From an uncultured Solirubrobacterales bacterium (GTDB taxonomy: Bacteria; Actinomycetota; Thermoleophilia; Solirubrobacterales; Solirubrobacteraceae), in NCBI GenBank assembly GCA_963756665.1, contig CAVWOJ010000001.1, positions 2,875,331-2,939,330 of the forward strand: 64,000 nt of DNA, in the 5' to 3' direction. This document shows, in pieces, positions 56,505 through 64,000 of the stretch (positions are counted from its first letter, which is position 1; the number at the start of each line of letters is the position of its first letter). The notes beneath the pieces are model-generated. The model was not told where the DNA came from. It saw nothing but the letters and a program-made list of their open reading frames with translations, and searched no databases. Position numbers and translations under genes: made by a program.

Positions 56505-57953
56505 CTACAGCGGGTCCTTGCGCAGTACCGCGCGCACCTCCGCCGGGCGCAGCGCGCGCAGCGAGAACAGCAGTACCGGGTAGCTGAACGCCGCGACCGC
56601 CACGAGCCCGTACAGCGGCGCGCCGGCGCGCCGCGCCACCCAAGTCAGCGCGCCCATCGCCACAGCCGCCAGCAGCGTGCGCAGCAGACGCCCGAAGCGC
56701 GGCGTCATCGCCAGCTGACCCAGCACGCGGCGCGCCGTCAGGGTCATCACCACGACCTCAGTCGCGAGCGTGATCCAGGCGGCGGCCAGGAACCCGTAGG
56801 GCGGGATCAGCAGGATGTTGAGCGACGCGTTGAGGACCAAGCCGACGGCCGCGTAGCGAAAGAAGCTGCTCTGCAGTTCGAGGATCACGACCATGTTGCC
56901 GGCGAGGTACCCAAAGGAGATCGACACGAACGCGCCCATCAGGATCGGCAGCGCCGGGGCCGCTTGCGCGAAGGCGCTGCCGAACAGCAGCTCGATGATC
57001 GGATGCGCCGCGACCAGCGTAAAGGCGAGCGCCGGCAGCGACGCCATCGTGAGGTACTCGCCGGTGCTCTGCAGCAGCGAGCGCACGCGCTCGCGGTTAG
57101 CGGGATACGCGGCCGCGATCAGGGGAAACAGGGTGGTCATCACCGAGATCGGGATGAACTGGATCTGATCGAGGATGCGGTAGGCCGCACCGTAGAGCCC
57201 CGCCTGCACGCTGCCGGCGAACTCGTAGACCAGCACCTGGTCGAGCTTCACGTAGAGCGTCACGAGCACCCCGGCCGCGCCCACGCCCAGCCCGACCCGC
57301 AGCAGCGCGCGCCACAGGCTCCGGGAGAACAGCGGGCGCACCGGGGCCAATCGCAGCGCCAGCACGATCGAGACGCACGTCGTGATCGCGGCCGCCACCA
57401 GGAAGACCGCGGCGAAGGCCACGATGCTCTTGGAGAGGATCGCGACCGCGATCGCGCCCGCGCCCCACAGCACGCTGCCCAGCGTGATGACCGCGATCGA
57501 GAAGTCGTTGCGCACGCGCAACTGGAAGACCGCGTTGACCGCGGTAGGGGCACCCACCAGGATCGTGCCCGCGACCAGGGCGCCGGCGAGCCTGACCGAC
57601 TGCGTGGGCGCGATCAGCGCGACCCCGGCGAGCGCGAAGATGGTGGTCGGGATCGCGATCAGCAGGCGCAGCGATAGCAGCGCTCCCAGCCACTCGTGCT
57701 CCCGCGCGGGGTCGCTCGCGGCACGGCCGATCGCCACCTGGTTGAGGCCGAGTTCCCCGAAGTTCGTCGCGATCTGGGTGATCGCGAAGATCGTCGACCA
57801 CTGCCCGAAGCCGCTGCGTCCCAGCGCCCGCACGAGGATCGACGTCACGACGACCCCGAGCGCGAGGTTGCCGATCCGCCCGACTACCTGCACCGCGATG
57901 TCCAGCGACGCTCTGCGGGCCCCGACCTGGGGGCGCTCGGAAGTCTCGATCAA
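56505..57953 (-). CDS. Wzx-type polysaccharide flippase
   Basis: About 14 hydrophobic helices; RALG...FG, LY.KLD.VL and AGLY.AAYR motifs; start approximate. Confidence 0.88.
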   Translation of the reverse strand: MIETSERPQVGARRASLDIAVQVVGRIGNLALGVVVTSILVRALGRSGFGQWSTIFAITQIATNFGELGLNQVAIGRAASDPAREHEWLGALLSLRLLIAIPTTIFALAGVALIAPTQSVRLAGALVAGTILVGAPTAVNAVFQLRVRNDFSIAVITLGSVLWGAGAIAVAILSKSIVAFAAVFLVAAAITTCVSIVLALRLAPVRPLFSRSLWRALLRVGLGVGAAGVLVTLYVKLDQVLVYEFAGSVQAGLYGAAYRILDQIQFIPISVMTTLFPLIAAAYPANRERVRSLLQSTGEYLTMASLPALAFTLVAAHPIIELLFGSAFAQAAPALPILMGAFVSISFGYLAGNMVVILELQSSFFRYAAVGLVLNASLNILLIPPYGFLAAAWITLATEVVVMTLTARRVLGQLAMTPRFGRLLRTLLAAVAMGALTWVARRAGAPLYGLVAVAAFSYPVLLFSLRALRPAEVRAVLRKDPL

Positions 57954-58089
57954 GGTCTCGCCACGATAGTGATGGTCCGGGCTGCATTGTGCAGGCGTGG
58001 ATATCATCGGATCGCCACGCCGTGTAGGTGAATCACCACACGCCGTGGGCGGCTTGACCCCGATCGCCGGCAAGGGAGAAGAACTTCAG

Positions 58090-60060
58090 GTGCAGCGTCG
58101 GCTGCTCATGGTCGAGCAGGTTGGACGGGGCGGCGTAGCGGATTACACGGCCGAGCTGACGCGCGCCCTGGCAGCGGCGGGCTGGCGCGTGGAGCTCGCG
58201 ACGGCTGAGGACCACCGCTATGCGCCGGCGCCCGGCGTGCACGTGCACGCCGTCTTCCACTACACGCGTGCCCGCACGCGACTGGCGCGAGCGGCGCGCC
58301 GCTGTGGACTCGGCTCGGTCCTCAACGGCCTGCGCTTCCTCGCGGCGATCCCGCGACTGCTCGTGCTCGCACGGCGGGTCGATCTCGTGCACGCGCAGAA
58401 GTGGGACTTCGCGCCGCTCGGCCTGCTGGCGGTCGGCTGCCTGCGGCTCGAGCGCAAGACCGTGGTGCAGACCGCTCACAACACCTTTGAGCGCGGCCGC
58501 TCGCACGAGCGGACGCACCGCCTGCTCGCGCGCCTGACGGCGCGCACGATCGTGCACACCGAGGCCGACCTGGAGCGCGCGCCGCGGGTGCGCGGCCAAG
58601 CGCGTGGCCGGGTGGTAGTGATCCCGCACGGGGAGTACGGCGGCCTCGCGCGCACCGGCGGTGCGGCCGACCGCGAAGCCGCGCGCGCGAACCTGGGGAT
58701 CGCGCGCGGGACACCGGTGACACTGCTCTTCGGTCAGCTGCGAGTCGACAAGGGCCTCGACGACCTGCTGGCGGCGCTCCTGCGCATCCCGCGCCTGCAC
58801 CTGCTCGTCGCGGGCCAGGAGGAGGGCGCGCTGGCGGCAGCGCGCGCCCAGTTGCAGAGTCCGGCGCTGGCCGGACGGGTGACCGTCCGCGAGGGCTTTC
58901 TCGAGATGCACGAGGCCGCGCAGCTGTTCGCCGCGACCGATACGGTCGCGCTGCCCTACGCCCGCGCCAGCCAGAGCGGCGTGCTGCTGCTCGCATACGG
59001 ATTTCACCGGCCCGTCGTCGTCTATCCCGTGGGCGGGCTGGTCGAGGCGGTGCGCGACGGTGAGACCGGTTGGATCTGCGCGCGGGCGGACGTCGATGGG
59101 CTCGTGCAGGCGCTGCGCGCGAGCGTCGCCGCCGGCTGGGAGGAGTGCCGTCGCCGCGGCGAGGCAGGCGCCCGCCTCGCCGCGCAGCGCTTTGCGTGGC
59201 CGGCGATCGCGCGGCGCACCGGCGAGCTCTACGAGCAGGCGCTACAGTGCCCGCCCGTGGCGGAGGCTCGGTCCCCATCCTCAGTGCCCGGGTTCGACCG
59301 CGAGCGCTCCGAGCGCGAGCGCGCAGCCTACGACGAGCACGACGTCGCCGACGTGAACATCGCCTGGCACGGCCGTTTCCCGCACGTATTCGAGAGCCCC
59401 AACACACGCCACGCGGAGGAACGCTTCGACGCCCTGACGCGAGCTGCCGTGGCCGGCCGCGGCGTGCTCGACATCGGCTGCGGCAAGGGCCGCAGCTCGG
59501 AGCGGCTGCTGGAGCTGGGCGCCGCCCACGTGCTCGGCATGGACATCTCCCAGACGGCGATCGACCAGGCGCTCGAGCGCGCGCGGCCGGGGCGCCTGGA
59601 GTTCCGCCTGGGGGACGTGACGCGCGAACTCGAGGGCACGTTCGGATGCATCTTCGGGCGCTCGATCCTGCACCACATCGACTATCGCGCCTGTCTTGCG
59701 CGCCTGTATGAGGAGCACCTGGAGCCGGGGGGCACGATGCTGTTCATGGAGCCCCAGGGTGAGAACCGGCTGATTCGCCTCTACACGCGGCTGGTCGCGG
59801 CCGCGCACACGCCGGACGAGCGCTCCTTCATGGAGGGCGACCTCGACTGGCTGCGCGGACACTTCCGCGAGATCGAGCTGCACCCGGTCAACTACCTCAC
59901 GTTCCCGGCCGCGATTCTCACCTCGCGCCTACCGGTGGGTCCCGAGAACGCCCTCTTGCGCGCCTGCGATCGGGCCGACCGACGGCTCGCGCGACGGGCG
60001 CCCCGCCTGCGATCGCACTTCCGCCAGACGATCGTCGCGATTCGCAAGCCGGCGGTCTGA
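58090..60060 (+). CDS. GT4 glycosyltransferase fused in frame to SAM methyltransferase
   Basis: GT4 (FGQLR.DKG, SQSGVL..A) followed without a stop by VLDIGCGKG...ILHH...EP methyltransferase. Confidence 0.75.
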   Translation: MQRRLLMVEQVGRGGVADYTAELTRALAAAGWRVELATAEDHRYAPAPGVHVHAVFHYTRARTRLARAARRCGLGSVLNGLRFLAAIPRLLVLARRVDLVHAQKWDFAPLGLLAVGCLRLERKTVVQTAHNTFERGRSHERTHRLLARLTARTIVHTEADLERAPRVRGQARGRVVVIPHGEYGGLARTGGAADREAARANLGIARGTPVTLLFGQLRVDKGLDDLLAALLRIPRLHLLVAGQEEGALAAARAQLQSPALAGRVTVREGFLEMHEAAQLFAATDTVALPYARASQSGVLLLAYGFHRPVVVYPVGGLVEAVRDGETGWICARADVDGLVQALRASVAAGWEECRRRGEAGARLAAQRFAWPAIARRTGELYEQALQCPPVAEARSPSSVPGFDRERSERERAAYDEHDVADVNIAWHGRFPHVFESPNTRHAEERFDALTRAAVAGRGVLDIGCGKGRSSERLLELGAAHVLGMDISQTAIDQALERARPGRLEFRLGDVTRELEGTFGCIFGRSILHHIDYRACLARLYEEHLEPGGTMLFMEPQGENRLIRLYTRLVAAAHTPDERSFMEGDLDWLRGHFREIELHPVNYLTFPAAILTSRLPVGPENALLRACDRADRRLARRAPRLRSHFRQTIVAIRKPAV

Positions 60061-60066
60061 ACGCCG

Positions 60067-61590
60067 CTAGCGCTGCGTCATGATTTCGGCGGTGGGTTCG
60101 CGAGCGCTGCGACGCAGGGTGAGCGCTGGCACCGTCGTCACACGCGGGGCGCGGAAGCTCGAGACGGCGTAGGCCTTCGTGCGGCGGACGCCGACGAGCC
60201 GAAACCCGGGTGGCGGTTGCGTGGGCACGACCGGCGGCAGCGGAGATCTGCCCGTACGCCTGGTGCGCAGCGCCACGAAGTCGAGCTCCCGCGTCGCGAC
60301 GCTCCTACCGGTGAGGAGCCGGAGCTTGGGGAGATAGATGGACAGCGGCACCGACGCGTTGGGCTGGCTGACGATCACCCTGCCGGCGGTTGGCGCCGGC
60401 AGCGCGCGGGCGGCGCCGCGCCAGTCATCGCGCTGATAGGCCGGGACGGTGTCGATCCCGACGATCACGGCCAGCGAGATCGCGCACAGGCCGACCCCGA
60501 GCAGCGCTCCGGCGCGCGGGGCGCGCGCGACGCCGAGTCCGGCCGCGATCAGGACCGCCCAGGGCGTCCAGGCGGCGATCACGTTGCGGCCGTCGAAGAC
60601 GTCGAGCAGGTGGGCCAGCGCCAGCGCCAGCGGCAGGGCGATCGCGACGATCGCGACGATCGCGACGTCACGTGCGGCGCGCCGCTCGCGCTCCTCGCCG
60701 GCCTCCAGCAGCAGCCCGATCGCGCCGATCGCCAGCAGCCCGGCCGCGACCGCCGTGAGAATCTCCAGCGGGCCGTAGAGGCCGACCAGGAACTGCTTGG
60801 CGGACTCCGCGACGCGCGAGAGCAGCGAGGCCGCTTCGATCCAGTCGGTCTTCCCGTCGGCGCGCTGCGCCAGCGCCAGGGGCGCCAGCGCGAGGCCGAC
60901 CAGCGCGACGGCGCCGGTTGGAGCCAGCGCCCGGCGCCAGCCCAGGCGTCTCGCGAGGAGGATCGCCTCGGGCACGAACAGGAATGCCGCGAAGTAGTGC
61001 GTGAGCACCGCGAGCATCGACATGCCCGCCCACAGCCAGAGATTGCGGCGCTCGGGGGCCTGCAGGGCCCGCTGCCAGAGCACGAGCGCGGCGGCGCTGA
61101 AGAGGATCAGCAGCGCGTAGGCGCGGGCCTCCTGGGAGTAGTAGTACATCGCCGGGTTGACCGCGGCGAGCGCCGCGGCCCACAGCCCCACGCGCGTCGA
61201 GATGCGCCGGCCGGCCAGATAGAGCACGGGCACCGTGAGCGTCCCGGCGAGCGCGGAGAGCGAGCGCAAGCCGACCGCGCTCGCTCCGAAGACCTTCGTC
61301 CAACCCCAGACGAGCACGTAGTAGAGCGGCGGCGCGGACTCGCTCGCGGACAGGTGCGAGAGCATCCCCCACAGCCCGCGCCGGACCAGCAGGATCGTGG
61401 CGGACTCGTCGAGCCAGAGGCTCTGCACGTCGAGGGTCCCAAAGCGCAGCGCGGCCGCGGCCAGCGTCAGCGCGATCACGATCGTCGCGACCCCTCGCGG
61501 CGCCAGGCCCGCCGGCGAGGAGACGCTGTCCGCGACGGGCCCGCTCGGGGTCGCGGCGGAGCCGGTGCGAGGCTCGGTGCCGATGCCCAC
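60067..61590 (-). CDS. GT39/PMT-like polyprenyl-phosphate-sugar-dependent membrane glycosyltransferase
   Basis: QSLWLDE, PPLYY, R.LSAL.G and YSQEARAY motifs; start approximate. Confidence 0.85.
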   Translation of the reverse strand: MGIGTEPRTGSAATPSGPVADSVSSPAGLAPRGVATIVIALTLAAAALRFGTLDVQSLWLDESATILLVRRGLWGMLSHLSASESAPPLYYVLVWGWTKVFGASAVGLRSLSALAGTLTVPVLYLAGRRISTRVGLWAAALAAVNPAMYYYSQEARAYALLILFSAAALVLWQRALQAPERRNLWLWAGMSMLAVLTHYFAAFLFVPEAILLARRLGWRRALAPTGAVALVGLALAPLALAQRADGKTDWIEAASLLSRVAESAKQFLVGLYGPLEILTAVAAGLLAIGAIGLLLEAGEERERRAARDVAIVAIVAIALPLALALAHLLDVFDGRNVIAAWTPWAVLIAAGLGVARAPRAGALLGVGLCAISLAVIVGIDTVPAYQRDDWRGAARALPAPTAGRVIVSQPNASVPLSIYLPKLRLLTGRSVATRELDFVALRTRRTGRSPLPPVVPTQPPPGFRLVGVRRTKAYAVSSFRAPRVTTVPALTLRRSAREPTAEIMTQR

Positions 61591-61689
61591 GTCGTGGATT
61601 ATCTCAGGCGCCGCGCGCGTGGGGACCACCTCCGCACGGGTGCGCATCGCCGTCAAGAGCTGGCCTTCCGCGCGGTGCGCACCTCGCGG

Positions 61690-63126
61690 TCAAGCGCTGG
61701 CTAGCAGGGCCTGGATCGCTGTCGTGTATTCGCCCTTGGGCTGCAGTTCGTGCTGCAGGGCGCCGTAATACTCTTCGTCGTCGGTGCTGGCGCCGGTGAG
61801 CTGCTGGTCGCGCACCTGGTAGAGGATGAACATGCCGAGCTGGCTGCCAAGCAGCGCTTTGATCCCGGCGGTCGTTTCGCGCAGGATGGCGCCGGCTTCG
61901 TCGTAGGACATGCAGCCGTTGTATTCCTCGTCTTCGCCGATGCAGTGGCCGGCATCCGTGGGCAGGCCCCACTCGGTGATGTCGATCGGGATCGTCGCAG
62001 GCGCGCCGTGCGCCGCTGTCTGTTCCAGCAGGGCTTCCAGGCGGCTGCGCCAGTGGTGGTAGGGGTGGATGGTCCAGCCACCGACGTAGCTGCTGAGGTT
62101 CGGTACCGCCGCGTACATGCCGCTCATCCAGTCCCCGGTCCAGTCGTCGGCCTGTGCGAGCAGACCAACGTGGATGCCCGTCGCGGCGATCGCTTCGGCT
62201 GATTCCTGCAGGCGCCGCGCGTAGTTTTCGGCCCGTTCCCGGTAGGAGTTGCTGCCGGCGTTGTCACCGTACTGGTAGCCGTAGGAGGTCTCGTTGCCGA
62301 ACTCGATCGACTGGATCGCGAACTGCCCGCCGGTGTGGTCTGCCCAGAACGTGCCGCCGGGGCCGTAGGCCGCGACCCAGCTGGCCAGGCCCCGTGCTTC
62401 GGCGGGGCTCGGCAGCCGCCCGTAGAAGCTGGCGAGCGGCAGCACCCGGATGCCCTTCGCGGCGTAGCCCGCGATCACCGCTTCCATCTGCGCGGGCGAC
62501 GTGTCGATCGGGAACTCGACGCGCACCAGCTTGGCACCCAGCAGGACCGCGCCCTGGAGGTCGAGCGTCATGTTCGTGCCCCCGTCGATCCCGGGCTGGA
62601 AGGCCGAGCTCGCGGCCGGTGCTTCGGCCGACGATGGCGATTGGACTACTGAGCCGGGTCCGCTCCAGGGCGGCGTGGTCGCGCCGCCGGCTGGGGGGGA
62701 GCCGGTGCCGGTGCCTGCGGAGGACGAGCCGGGGTCGGCGGCTGAGAAGTCGGCGCTCTGGGAGAGGCTCGATCGCTTCGCAGCGGGCCCCGTCGGCGCC
62801 GATGCGTGCACGCGGCGCTGCTGGGTGAGGGCGCTCTTGCGCAAGCGCGCGGCCTGGCCGTCGCGGCGGGTCAGTCGCGTGTGCGCATGCGCACAGAGCT
62901 TGCGTCGATGCGAGCTGCACGCGCGCCTGGCCACCCGGCGCAGGTGGTGGCGCTGGGCGATGCGGGCCTGCAACGCGGGTTGCGCGGCCTCCACAAGCTT
63001 TCCGGCCTGCTGCCGATTAAGCGAATGTGAGTCGGCCCAACCGACACTTGTAAACCCCAGGAAAGCGGTGCAACAGATAGCCAGAGCCGCCGCGAGATAG
63101 CGGCCGGATCGCATGCAGATAGACAT
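61690..63126 (-). CDS. Secreted clan GH-A glycoside hydrolase-like protein
   Basis: Signal peptide, basic and Ser/Pro linker, IEFGNE, IHPY and ITEWG motifs. Confidence 0.75.
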   Translation of the reverse strand: MSICMRSGRYLAAALAICCTAFLGFTSVGWADSHSLNRQQAGKLVEAAQPALQARIAQRHHLRRVARRACSSHRRKLCAHAHTRLTRRDGQAARLRKSALTQQRRVHASAPTGPAAKRSSLSQSADFSAADPGSSSAGTGTGSPPAGGATTPPWSGPGSVVQSPSSAEAPAASSAFQPGIDGGTNMTLDLQGAVLLGAKLVRVEFPIDTSPAQMEAVIAGYAAKGIRVLPLASFYGRLPSPAEARGLASWVAAYGPGGTFWADHTGGQFAIQSIEFGNETSYGYQYGDNAGSNSYRERAENYARRLQESAEAIAATGIHVGLLAQADDWTGDWMSGMYAAVPNLSSYVGGWTIHPYHHWRSRLEALLEQTAAHGAPATIPIDITEWGLPTDAGHCIGEDEEYNGCMSYDEAGAILRETTAGIKALLGSQLGMFILYQVRDQQLTGASTDDEEYYGALQHELQPKGEYTTAIQALLASA

Positions 63127-63132
63127 TTGAGC

Positions 63133-63210
63133 TCCTTCGGAAACCGGGCTGTCTCGATGAGATCCCTGGCTTTGCGACCCCGTCTCGCGACGGGTGTGCC
63201 GTTGTCGGGT
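63133..63210 (-). ncRNA. c-di-GMP-I (GEMM) riboswitch
   Basis: Minus strand reads CCCGACAAC-GGCACA-CCCGUC-GCGA-GACGGG-GUCGCAAAGCCAGGGAUCUC-AUC-GAGACAGCCCGGUUUCCGAAGG: GNRA-capped P2, GCAAAGCC junction and P3, matching the Vc2-type consensus. Confidence 0.85.
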
Positions 63211-63614
63211 GCTGCGTGGCCCTGCTCGTGCGCCGGTTGGCGCTGCTCCGTCGTTCTCCTATCGACGCTCACGCCCACCGCAGGACGTGGTGCACCGTGT
63301 TTGGACGAAAAGCTGGCCGCAGCGAGCGGTACGGCTCACCGGGGGGGTGGAAACGGCTTCACGGGCGGGCGTGGCTTGGGGATGAGGCACGCCGCGAGCG
63401 GCTGGGAAGGACCCGGATCGGCCTGGGATGGACCCGGAATCGGCGGTACCATGGCCGCGATGCCAGTCGCACCTGCTGTGCTCGCTCCACTGACGGGGCT
63501 GCGTTCAAGTGCAAGCCCCGATTCGACGATAGGAGCCCTGCATGAGACCCCTGCTTGCGTCAGTCCCGGATGGCGGCCCAGAGGGCCGTATCGACGGCGC
63601 GCACGAGTACCGGC

Positions 63615-64000
63615 ATGAGCACCCGCGATCGGCTTGAGCGCGTCCGCGAGGGCGAAGGCCTCGCGAGTGCGCTGGCGACGCTGCGCCGCCGTTGGCTGAT
63701 CGTCGCAGGCGTGGTCCTCGCGTCGGTGTTCGTGCTGGCCGTCAGCCACGCGCACAAGGCGAAGTCCTATGCGGCGACTGCCAGCGTCGCCTTCCAGAGC
63801 GGCACGCTCTCGGATTCCGCGCTCCAGGTCGCGCCCGCGGGCAGCAGCGAACCGCAGCGGGAAGCGGATACGGAGGTGCTGGTCGCGCACTCTCCGGAAG
63901 TGGCGCAGGCGGTGCTGCGTCAGTTGCACCTCCAGGGCGAAGCCGGCGAACTGCTGCGCGAGGTAAAGGTCGAAGCGGCGCCCAACGCCGACATCCTGAA
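63615..64000 (+). CDS. Wzz/Wzc-type polysaccharide co-polymerase, runs off window
   Basis: MSTRDRL...LATLRRRWLIV-TM-KSYAATASV...TEV....SPEVA..V. Confidence 0.8.
   Translation, partial: MSTRDRLERVREGEGLASALATLRRRWLIVAGVVLASVFVLAVSHAHKAKSYAATASVAFQSGTLSDSALQVAPAGSSEPQREADTEVLVAHSPEVAQAVLRQLHLQGEAGELLREVKVEAAPNADIL

Noticed and set aside
63460-63618. 52-aa ORF after TACCAT upstream of the Wzz/Wzc gene
   Set aside because: It has no recognisable features and atypical codon usage; it is more likely the untranslated leader of the co-polymerase gene.

Overview
High-GC actinobacterial window, most likely Thermoleophilia/Solirubrobacterales (inferred from gene families and pervasive leaderless TAnnnT promoters). 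The backbone is a large surface/exopolysaccharide locus. It encodes two priming glycosyl-phosphotransferases, many GT4/GT2/WecB/GT39 glycosyltransferases, nucleotide-sugar enzymes (dehydrogenase, two epimerases, three DegT aminotransferases, an acetyltransferase and a nucleotidyltransferase), a Wzx flippase, a Wzz/Wzc-type co-polymerase, a CpsB phosphatase, two O-antigen-ligase/TPR proteins, five SAM methyltransferase domains and two secreted clan-A glycoside hydrolases. One hydrolase sits behind a c-di-GMP-I riboswitch that overlaps its ribosome-binding site. Two diverged copies of a ~10-kb cassette are embedded in this locus (A ~12.4-22.8 kb, B ~28.9-38.9 kb). Each copy has a TTGACA-N18-TATGCT promoter and a ~400-nt conserved leader with an invariant 11-bp hairpin, a (TC)11 tract and a 19-codon mini-ORF. 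Each then has a TetR-plus-winged-helix regulator and three translationally coupled large secreted proteins (beta-propeller/FN3, a Cys-patterned four-repeat protein and NHL/FN3), all ending in Lys/Arg-rich tails. The cassettes show alternating G/T-rich and C/A-rich strand skews (GRINS-like) and variable N-terminal regions and loops, and no mobility gene is visible. This cassette is the best candidate for an undescribed system. Three genes look broken by single missing bases, which may be assembly errors. All calls are from manual reading; no searches were run.
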